DNA from: a virus
Lineage: Duplodnaviria > Caudoviricetes
Length of the DNA stretch: 53,499 nucleotides
IMG/VR virus record: IMGVR_UViG_3300001041_000004
Location: 1 to 53,499 of that record
Reading direction: 5' to 3' (one strand)
Shown here: positions 36,082 to 43,828 of the stretch, piece after piece
Layout: the number at the start of each line of letters is the position of its first letter
Numbering within the stretch: position 1 is the first letter of the stretch
Program-made: the position numbers and the translations under genes
The notes under the pieces: generated by a model
Databases searched by the model: none
What the model was told of the DNA's origin: nothing
The model's input: only the letters and a program-made list of their open reading frames with translations

Positions 36082-36306
36082 CTAATTGCTATTCCCTTTT
36101 ACCTGTTTGGCAAGAATGATCAGATTGGTATTCTGTGTAACATACGTGCCGTTCAAATCAGTGACAGCATTACCATCCACTTTGACGTCAAACCCTTGGG
36201 CAGAAAGTCCTGCTAATTCGATAACTTGAGCAATGCTTGCACCAACCTCAACGACATACTCACTGATTTTACCCGGCATTTGACCTACGCGAATTGTTTT
36301 TTCCAT
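36082..36306 (-). CDS. Ubiquitin-like (beta-grasp) protein, 74 aa
   Basis: MEKTIRVGQMPG...GASIAQVIELAGLS...VKVDG...LIILAKQVKGNSN has beta-grasp spacing; KG followed by a 3-aa tail; GAAGGA RBS. Confidence 0.78.
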   Translation of the reverse strand: MEKTIRVGQMPGKISEYVVEVGASIAQVIELAGLSAQGFDVKVDGNAVTDLNGTYVTQNTNLIILAKQVKGNSN

Positions 36307-36403
36307 GTGATTGTTTCCTTCTTTCATCATTCATTTTATTAGGGATAAGGCATTGAGATGGCACCTCGCAGGATACCACTTATCTCATAAGCCATAGTTT
36401 AAT

Positions 36404-37435
36404 TTACTTCATGAGTAACATTAGCATCAATGGATCAATTGCACCGGCAGTTGCCGCTCCACCTAATCCACCACCCAGTAACATAAGAGGTAATAAATCT
36501 TTCATTGAGGAGTTGCCGCTTTCCTTATCACCCAACAGAGACATTAAGAGTAGTGGATTGTTTGCAATGCCACCAGAAGCCCCTGCTTGGCCTCCTAAGC
36601 CACCAGACAGCATGAGTAAGGGTAACATGTCGCCGAAGTCACTTGAACCGTCCTTAGACAGCATCATAAGCATCATAGGATTGATGGCAGGAGGTGTTGC
36701 AACAATAACTGGGTTGCCATCTTTGTCGAACAGTTCAGCCATAGCAGGAGCGGTTTGTGCAGAAAATAGAGATTGAACTTTGTAATAAAAGTTGATCCCG
36801 AAGAGGTTGGTTTCTTTGCAGATGGTGGATTTTGTTCCTTTGTTCAAATTGATACCAGAGATGGAACCATTCGTGTTGATATCGAGGACTTGGTAGTAGT
36901 CACCTTTGAATTTGATGACATCAGTAGGGACAACAGCCGTTACAGGCAAGATGAAAATCATATCCGATGCCTCTTTGATGACGAGAGACATTTGATTCAC
37001 GATTTGTCCAAGAGCGGCATCATAGGAGGCATACTCATCAGCTGAGCGGCGAATCGCAATTTGACCACCAAAGGTTAAAGCAACCTCACCGTTTTTCACT
37101 TTGCCAAACTCTCCAAATAATTTGCTAACATTCATGCTAATTCCTTCTTTCTTTTCATTTTTAGGTTGTGTTGATGATGAAACCTTCCCAACAAAATCAT
37201 CTCTCACGTATTCACAATTGGGAGTTTGTGGTACGCGTGGTACACTGGCACAGTTTATGGTTTGGTATTTTGGCTTACTTACTGGGACAACGGGCTCTAT
37301 TTCGAGCAGATCAGAACTTGGCACATCATAGTAACCAACCTTCCCATACACTGTAAATGTGGTAGGTGTTACTTGATCTGCAATGACGACGTTTTCATTG
37401 GTTGAAATGCAATAGACTTTTTCTCCAACTTTCAT
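36404..37435 (-). CDS. Hypothetical protein with C-terminal Gly-rich (N/D/L)P-L/M-rich repeats
   Basis: AGGAGG RBS; repeats NPMMLMML, MLPLLML, NPLLLMSL, LLPLMLL, DPLMLMLL. Confidence 0.75.
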   Translation of the reverse strand: MKVGEKVYCISTNENVVIADQVTPTTFTVYGKVGYYDVPSSDLLEIEPVVPVSKPKYQTINCASVPRVPQTPNCEYVRDDFVGKVSSSTQPKNEKKEGISMNVSKLFGEFGKVKNGEVALTFGGQIAIRRSADEYASYDAALGQIVNQMSLVIKEASDMIFILPVTAVVPTDVIKFKGDYYQVLDINTNGSISGINLNKGTKSTICKETNLFGINFYYKVQSLFSAQTAPAMAELFDKDGNPVIVATPPAINPMMLMMLSKDGSSDFGDMLPLLMLSGGLGGQAGASGGIANNPLLLMSLLGDKESGNSSMKDLLPLMLLGGGLGGAATAGAIDPLMLMLLMK

Positions 37436-37498
37436 GTTTTTCCTCCTAATAATGTTTTATTTTAGTCTTAGCTTTAAGCTAAGTAACTAACATAATAA

Positions 37499-37998
37499 AC
37501 AACGCAGTCTGTAGTTTAAAATTTATTCAATTGAGTAGGGATTGACTTAATTTACATATAAATCAACTCCTCAACTAAACTTGATGACAAACTTAACAAC
37601 GCATTCTTTAGTTTAAAACCCTTTAAACACAATAGCTTTTTTACCATTCTCAATATACCATTTGACACTTGATCGTGTAAGTCCAGTATTTACCTTTTTT
37701 CTTACACATTCTCCTGAACTGAGTGAAAGATTTTGCTTACCATTTTCATCCAGTAGTTTTGTACCACTTTCCCATTTGAAATCTCTTTCGTGTAAGAAGG
37801 TAATAAATTCAAGTTGAAGTTTACTTGGAAGACTGATAACCAATTGATCTTTCAAAAATAAATGCCAATGTTTAAAGTAGTTAAATTCTTCTAAATCCAT
37901 AACTCACCTCCTTACATAATTTACAACGCATTCTTTAGTGCAAACCTTTAAAGGGAAAATAACTTAACACCCAATACAACGCATTCATCATTTTCAAA
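37499..37998. repeat. Four dispersed copies of an ACAACGCATTCTTTAGT-like motif
   Basis: Copies begin at 37499, 37596, 37923 and 37976; all share ACAACGCA(T/G)TC, and copies 2 and 3 are identical over 17 bp. Confidence 0.8.
37613..37900 (-). CDS. Hypothetical protein (95 aa)
   Basis: AAGGAGGTG RBS; 'GxKWxSG'-like phage motif (DFKWESG); flanked by the repeat motif. Confidence 0.7.
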   Translation of the reverse strand: MDLEEFNYFKHWHLFLKDQLVISLPSKLQLEFITFLHERDFKWESGTKLLDENGKQNLSLSSGECVRKKVNTGLTRSSVKWYIENGKKAIVFKGF

Positions 37999-38236
37999 TT
38001 CTAAACATCTTCAGTGTCAATTCCGTTGCTTCTACACACACCCAAGAACAAATAAGAACTGCCCTGCTTGGCGTAATCTTTTAGTAACGGTGTCATATCT
38101 CCGTTAGAAATAGAAAAGGGCATACCCCTCAATTAAGAGAGATACGCCCGTGTTGAATTAGGATTTTCGTTTTTTCATTGTTTTTAACAATAAGTATATT
38201 ATTGCTAAATTTTGTAATACATCTGTTCCTGTCATC

Positions 38237-39592
38237 TTAAAACCTCCCGATTAAGCAATGTATAGCTACACTTGAATCTTTGCATAGTTCAGCCATGCCC
38301 TCAAAGGTGATTGCACCACTATCAATGACAGCAAGCATGGAGTCTTTGATACGTGCTTTAGCATTGTATAATACTCCGTCTTTATCTGTGTTATCTACAA
38401 GAAGTGATGTAATCATTTCATGGAGTTCCTCATCATGAAATCCTTGGATACTTTCAATGGAGTAAGCAATGTTTTGTATTTCTTCAAACTCTTTTTCAAA
38501 ACGATTGGTTTCAGTTTTTACATGTCGCAATTCTTCAAAGGTTTGATTATACTCAATCGTATGTTTTACAAGGCTTGTGTTCTTGCTGTCTGCAAGAAGT
38601 ATGTCAATGTAGTGAGAGGCTTCTTCCTCTGAAAACATCATAAGTTCCATTTCACCTATCGGATTAAAGGAATCTGGATTATATCCTTTGTCACGATTAA
38701 CAGCCACTACTGGTTTCATGACTTGATTCATAAATAAGTCCGTTGCCCATTCAACAGTTGGTGGAGCACCGATCTTCATTTGCCTCTTTTCTAATTCTCT
38801 GATGTGGTTCATTTGTCCAATCTTGATTCTGGTTTGTTTCCATTTATGGAAAGCTGCACGTGAATCATCGATGAATTTGGACGCTTCATGTTGTTTCATC
38901 TTAGTTATAATGTCTTGTGCAAATTCATCGGGCGTTGGTCTTCGCCATTCACCATCTTCAAGTTCTATGCGACGTGCAATATCAAAATTTTCAAACGGCA
39001 CATCAGGACAAAGATACATATTAACGAGAAGTTCTAGTTGACGTTCAGTGGGTGGTTGCTTTTGCTTATTGGCTTTTTCAAGTTCAATTAATTCACCAAT
39101 GAGTTTACTTGCTGTACCGTCACGTCCTCCTGTTAAGGCTGAGTAACGCTCTGGTGTCATCGGTACGTCAACACCGAGTGTTGCAAGGTTGGCTAGTTTA
39201 TCACCAATCATTTGAAGTTGCTGAGGGGATGGTGGGTAATAGGCACGTACAACCTTGATGGCTGTGTCTAAGTCTGTGTAAGACATTGTAGTGATGTCTA
39301 AAGGCGTGTAATTACGTTCAAGGCATAGTTTATAGTAGAAATCAATCTGAGGCTGTGTAGGCATCCTTACGCCTGTCTGGTGAGATGTTTGTGTTGCTGC
39401 ACCGTGTGTTCCTGTATCTGAAGTCATACCAGTGTTACTAAAGGAGAAGGAGAAACGTGAAGCAGGTGGAGTTGGTGTAACTTGTGGTGCTTGTTCAACC
39501 AGTGTAGTTTGTGAAGCTAAGAACTCTTGAAAGAGTCTGAATTGTTCCTCAGTTGATAATGGTGTATTGATTGTTGGTATTGCTACTGTCAT
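38237..39592 (-). CDS. Hypothetical protein with four tandem small helical repeats
   Basis: PTQPQIDF, PSPQQLQM, PTERQLEL, KIGQMNHI each followed by an AS.(L/F/Y)I(D/G)-like helix. Confidence 0.8.
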   Translation of the reverse strand: MTVAIPTINTPLSTEEQFRLFQEFLASQTTLVEQAPQVTPTPPASRFSFSFSNTGMTSDTGTHGAATQTSHQTGVRMPTQPQIDFYYKLCLERNYTPLDITTMSYTDLDTAIKVVRAYYPPSPQQLQMIGDKLANLATLGVDVPMTPERYSALTGGRDGTASKLIGELIELEKANKQKQPPTERQLELLVNMYLCPDVPFENFDIARRIELEDGEWRRPTPDEFAQDIITKMKQHEASKFIDDSRAAFHKWKQTRIKIGQMNHIRELEKRQMKIGAPPTVEWATDLFMNQVMKPVVAVNRDKGYNPDSFNPIGEMELMMFSEEEASHYIDILLADSKNTSLVKHTIEYNQTFEELRHVKTETNRFEKEFEEIQNIAYSIESIQGFHDEELHEMITSLLVDNTDKDGVLYNAKARIKDSMLAVIDSGAITFEGMAELCKDSSVAIHCLIGRF

Positions 39593-39650
39593 GATTTTGT
39601 TCCTTCTTTCTTTATGTTTGATTTGTTTTTGATATAAAGAATCAAAACCT

Positions 39651-39721
39651 ACTACGGACTCTAACGTGTCCTAAGTAAAGAGTGCAAAGTGTCATTCAGT
39701 TAGAACAACACTTTGCGTAGT
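39651..39721 (-). ncRNA. Putative three-way-junction leader RNA
   Basis: P1 ACTAC/GTAGT, 14-bp P2 with two G-U pairs (only on the - strand), P3 GGAC/GTCC, complementary loops. Confidence 0.4.
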
Positions 39722-39902
39722 GTGAATTACTTCAGAAAGTTAAATGTGAACTTATCGAATGATTTCCTTGGTATAAAGCAACTCGATTTAACCCACATGA
39801 TTACTTCGTCCTCCTTTAAATGATCTGTAAATATGTCTTGCACCAACAAACACACCTGTCCAAAAACAGACTGTAATAACTATACCAATAATTAAATCCA
39901 TG

Positions 39903-40388
39903 TTAAACACCTCCTTTCATATTGTTTGGGTTGATGAAAATGATACGTTTACCTTTTGTCTTAGCGTACCTTACGCAATTCCATGTCCCACCTTGCTCAA
40001 CACCATCCCATACTGCAATGAGTACGTCACATTCATCCACCATATACTCATTACGTGCTTGCATACAACGTGGTGTGAAGTATGATTTGGTGACTTGAGT
40101 AATGATGTGTGCTTTATTTAATATGTGATGATAGAGTTTGATGCTTTCGTTGTACCATCTCTTTTCGTGGTCAAAGCAGGGAATAGCACACTCAAGCTTA
40201 ATATCAAGCTGTAAAACAACGAGAGCAAAGATAGTGTCTACTCCAAGTGCCATACCTGAGATGGCGTAATCGCATTCAAGTTCTAGTAAATGAGAACCAA
40301 GCACATTGCCTAGCTCTTTGTACTTCGGGTGATTGTAATCATACCCCCATAGTTTACCGGGACGGTGACCTGTTACTGCAACGATCAC
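39903..40388 (-). CDS. YspA/SLOG-family protein (DUF1273-like)
   Basis: VAVTGHRP, ISGMALGVD, RNEYMVD, AVWDG...GGTWNCVRYA. Confidence 0.9.
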   Translation of the reverse strand: MIVAVTGHRPGKLWGYDYNHPKYKELGNVLGSHLLELECDYAISGMALGVDTIFALVVLQLDIKLECAIPCFDHEKRWYNESIKLYHHILNKAHIITQVTKSYFTPRCMQARNEYMVDECDVLIAVWDGVEQGGTWNCVRYAKTKGKRIIFINPNNMKGGV

Positions 40389-40524
40389 TTACATTGTCCT
40401 CCTTTTTTTCCTCTTCTTCTCTGTATGATTGGATTGTTTCTAAGATTTCATAGAGTTTTGAAATGTTATTTTTAATTTCTTTGATAAGTTCATCTGACTT
40501 TTTGTATAAATCAGATTGAGACAT
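40354..40524 (-). CDS. Small coiled-coil hypothetical (56 aa, not in ORF track)
   Basis: AAAGGAGGTG RBS; MSQSDLYKKSDELIKEIKNNISKLYEIL... Confidence 0.55.
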   Translation of the reverse strand: MSQSDLYKKSDELIKEIKNNISKLYEILETIQSYREEEEKKEDNVSDRCSNRSPSR

Positions 40525-40680
40525 TTATTCACCTCCTTTAAATTTAACGTAATTAATGTGATTTAATGGTAATAATGAGTTCCGTTGACGAATATAATGA
40601 GTCGCGTTGCTTCACCTTTAGTCATCCAAGTAAAAAATAGGGTTTTGGGGTACATTTCTGCACCCCTGTATTCTTGTTCT

Positions 40681-41280
40681 TTACCTTGCTCGACCTGATC
40701 CTTTACGTGGAGTAGGAGGTAGTTCAACGGTTTCATCCATGTTAGGGTGAAAACTGTACTCTGGAATGTATGGGTCTTCGTCTGGAATAGGTGGGGTAGG
40801 AGGTTGTGTTAATGTTTTGCGTGTATCCCATTTGTGCCAACCGAAGGCACTTATACCAAAGAAGTAGTAGTTCTCATCGTTTTTGAAGAAGCGTACATAC
40901 TTGTTGTTGATGAGAGAATCAAGGGTTGCACTGATCCCTTCGTTGGATACTTCAAGGTTGCGTACTTGTTTGAGATAATCACGAATGTCATAAACACGGG
41001 TCATTTTGGTGCGTTCACCTTTGCCTTCGATGATGGCAATCATAGCTTTGAGTACATCGCTACGCATACGGTCAGATACTGGGATATTACCAACCATTTG
41101 TCTACCTTGATTGGTGCGGATCATTGGATCAGCTTTAGGTTGTTGCATTCCTGTACCTTGACATGTGAAGCATTTACCGGTTGTACCTCTTGGTGATGTG
41201 TAGATACCTGAACCATCGCATTTGATACATACTACCTCGGTTGTTTGTTGTTGGTTAGCATTGATTGTCATTGTTAACAC
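40681..41280 (-). CDS. Early protein with CxxCxGxG zinc finger and winged-helix-like domain
   Basis: CIKCDGSG and CFTCQGTG repeats; 'ISATLDSLINNKYV' wHTH-like; Pro-rich tail. Confidence 0.65.
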   Translation of the reverse strand: MLTMTINANQQQTTEVVCIKCDGSGIYTSPRGTTGKCFTCQGTGMQQPKADPMIRTNQGRQMVGNIPVSDRMRSDVLKAMIAIIEGKGERTKMTRVYDIRDYLKQVRNLEVSNEGISATLDSLINNKYVRFFKNDENYYFFGISAFGWHKWDTRKTLTQPPTPPIPDEDPYIPEYSFHPNMDETVELPPTPRKGSGRAR

Positions 41281-41355
41281 ACTCCTTAGTTTTAATTTCG
41301 TTGCTTCTTCTTAATTGGGCATATTTAAAAATAGGGGTGTATACCCCTATTGTTG

Positions 41356-41511
41356 TTAACACTGTTTAATATTTGTTTTGCGGAAATCAAAGGTGAACAC
41401 TGGTTTTTGCTTAACTTCATTTTCTTGCTTAATGTAATTTATAAGTTCTTCCTTGATGTAATCTAATTCCATATTTAGTTCTTTGATCCGTTGTAGTAAG
41501 TAATCAGGCAT
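41356..41511 (-). CDS. Small hypothetical (51 aa, not in ORF track)
   Basis: AAGGAG RBS; MPDYLLQRIKELNMELDYIKEEL... Confidence 0.55.
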   Translation of the reverse strand: MPDYLLQRIKELNMELDYIKEELINYIKQENEVKQKPVFTFDFRKTNIKQC

Positions 41512-41609
41512 AATTAACACACACTCCTTATTTGTTTTAGTTTATAGTGAGAGGGGCTTTAACCCCTCATCAACTCAATAAATTATGTTTATAAGGTAAC
41601 AGGGTGCTG

Positions 41610-41801
41610 TTACCAATTACATTTGTCGTCTAGGTCAGTAATTTCGTTTTTCTCCCACTCAGCAGGTTCATCAACATAGTCTTGATGATTGTGACATGTT
41701 ATATCGTTGCACTTATCACATTCACCATTGCATGATAAGCTGAATTGAACACAATAGTCTGCGTGTTCACAATTTGGGCAATCACTGTTACATTTGTTCA
41801 T
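41610..41801 (-). CDS. Small Cys-rich protein
   Basis: GAGGAG RBS; two C-x3-C-x2-C clusters. Confidence 0.6.
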   Translation of the reverse strand: MNKCNSDCPNCEHADYCVQFSLSCNGECDKCNDITCHNHQDYVDEPAEWEKNEITDLDDKCNW

Positions 41802-42132
41802 CAGTCAATCTCTCCTCTCATTACTTTGTTAAAGATGATAATTTGTCGTTCTAATTCTTGTTTACCCATGTTAACACGTTCCCTTCCGTCGAAGATAAAA
41901 TAAAATATACCATCCTTGCGTACATCATAATCATTCCATGCAAAATCATTTCCTCCTACTAATTTAGAGTAAATCTTCCCAACTTGAAGGAAAGGATTTG
42001 CATAGAATGATTTGATGTAACACTTATGAAAAAGAACACAAACTAATGAATAGAATGTGTACTGTACGTATAGTAGAGTGAACAGCCGATGTATTTTTCC
42101 TGATGAGGATGTACTTGTAAATTACATTTAAC

Positions 42133-42197
42133 GTTCGAGCGTAGCGAAGCGAAGCGAAGAACAAGGCGTCCTTAGACGCCTTAACGATGACCTGTAC
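42133..42197 (-). repeat. Structured element, copy A (inverted relative to copy B)
   Basis: - strand GTACAGGTCATCGTT-AAGGCGTC-TAAG-GACGCCTT-GTTCT-TCGCTTCGCTTCGCTACGCTCGAAC. Confidence 0.8.
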
Positions 42198-42965
42198 TGT
42201 ATTAACGTTTATAAACGTTACGTAGATAAGGTATTGTACTAACGTCTTAGACGTTTTGTAGGAACATATTGCTATATGTACTGGTATGAGTGGCTGATGT
42301 GTAGGGAATGTGTGCTGTATGCCTACAGCCACGCGGTGTACATGGGTGTGAACGTGTAGTGAACGTGTTATAATACAGTTGATACTGTTATAGTGCACAG
42401 TACTTAATGTGTTGCTGAAAGTCTGCTGAAAGCTGGTTGCTATACCTATTAGTACTCAAAACCACACATGTGGGTGTGATGTACTTGTGTTGTATTTGTG
42501 TGCTGTTAGTGGTGTAACTTACGTTTTATGTATGTGGTATAAGTTATCAATTAGGTATGCCCCGGGAGGGGCAAAGTGGTAACGTGGAACCTTTCGTTCT
42601 TCCTCTTCGATATAATGTTTCTGTCCACAGAGGTGTTTATATATAAACTACGTTGTGTAAAAAAAGTTGTGTGTGAAGGTGCAGAGACATAAAATTCATT
42701 GTGTAAATACATTGTGACTACATTGTAAAAATATACTGTGTGTATTTTTTTTAGGATGAAATAATCAGAAAAACGGAAAGAACGTGTTCTCTAGGTACTC
42801 TTCCACATCAGCCCGTCAGTTATGTATAGACTACGTAGTACTTTAGTACTTACTCCATTTGAAGGTGGCTAATGTACTATACGTAGTGCTTATAAGCACT
42901 TTGTTAAGATTATGTTAAGAAAATATAAGTTTTCTAAAAACTTGTTAAGATTGTGTCAAGACGTA

Positions 42966-42994
42966 TTGACAAGTTCTAAAAGTACAGTTATAAT
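42966..42994 (+). promoter_or_regulatory. Consensus sigma-A/sigma-70 promoter for the rightward arm
   Basis: TTGACA-17 nt-TATAAT perfect match. Confidence 0.85.
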
Positions 42995-43103
42995 TAGTTA
43001 ACCCCCGTTTACGAATGAAATGAGTAAACGAAAATTAAGAGCGAAGCGATTTAATTTTGAACACTCTAAGTACGTGTGTAGTAAACCGTTAGGTTTACGT
43101 TAT

Positions 43104-43156
43104 GTAGAGGTCATCGTAACTTTGCTAAGGCAAAGTTGTTCTCGCTTCGCTCGAAC
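43104..43156 (+). repeat. Structured element, copy B
   Basis: + strand GTAGAGGTCATCGT-AACTTTGC-TAAG-GCAAAGTT-GTTCT-CGCTTCGCTCGAAC. Confidence 0.8.
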
Positions 43157-43240
43157 ATTTAACAAATCAATAAAAATAACTATACGTATAAGTTTGTGTG
43201 TAGTGGGCGTTTAGCCCACGTTACGTAAGGAGGAAATAGA

Positions 43241-43612
43241 TTGAGTTTTCTTAAAGTAGCTAATCTTATTATATCCAGTGCAACATTATTTATACTTGTC
43301 AAAGATAAATTACCTTGTTTAGCCGATATACCTCAGGTACCTCCACCACCTCAAGTACCTCCGCAATCTCAAGTATCCGAAGTACCCGATATTTCTCCTG
43401 ATGTGGACGTTCCTTCTTTACACCTCTCACGTAACGAACAAGAACGGGTATTTGATGCACGTATTGCACGTTTGAAGAGTGAAGTGTCAAGTAGACAGTC
43501 TGCCCCAATCCACACCCCTACAGTTGCCGCTATACTTGATCCTAATGTGTATAACCTCCCTCATGACGTAATTCCAAGTGATCATTTCCCTGATGAGGAG
43601 GTGTCGGAATAA
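43241..43612 (+). CDS. Pro-rich hypothetical protein with hydrophobic N-terminus
   Basis: AAGGAGG RBS with TTG start; PQVPPPPQVPP repeats. Confidence 0.6.
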   Translation: MSFLKVANLIISSATLFILVKDKLPCLADIPQVPPPPQVPPQSQVSEVPDISPDVDVPSLHLSRNEQERVFDARIARLKSEVSSRQSAPIHTPTVAAILDPNVYNLPHDVIPSDHFPDEEVSE

Positions 43613-43615
43613 AAT

Positions 43616-43828
43616 ATGGATAAAACATTACTAAAGTTCTTTGCCGACGTACTGTACCTTAAAGGTCTTCTCTGTTCAGAGGAGATTGGTGCTATATACG
43701 AGGTGAGAACTTTTTCTGATTTGGATGTTCTTTTTGAAAGGATGATGCGTGGTGAGTTTAACACCTACAAAAAAGGAGAGTCCTACCACACAATTACTCC
43801 CCATACCAAATTCTTTGAAGGAGGATGA
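43616..43828 (+). CDS. Hypothetical protein (70 aa)
   Basis: ORF between the Pro-rich gene and the terminase small subunit. Confidence 0.55.
   Translation: MDKTLLKFFADVLYLKGLLCSEEIGAIYEVRTFSDLDVLFERMMRGEFNTYKKGESYHTITPHTKFFEGG

Noticed and set aside
37499-37998. Mini CRISPR array
   Set aside because: Repeats are short and degenerate, spacing is irregular (97, 327, 53 bp) and one interval holds a whole gene
41801-42120. Stop-free - strand frame ending ...GKQELERQIIIFNKVMRGEID at the next gene's start
   Set aside because: Looks protein-like but has no ATG/GTG/TTG start with an RBS until the last ~22 codons; may be a remnant or use a non-standard start, so not called
42100-42160. Hammerhead ribozyme suggested by CTGATGA followed by a short stem
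   Set aside because: No GAAA after the putative stem II and no matching stems I/III
42024-43214. ORF-track entries 42024..42398 (-) and 43020..43214 (+), plus the many short antisense or shadow ORFs inside long genes
   Set aside because: No RBS, atypical composition, and overlap with palindromic regulatory DNA or better-supported genes
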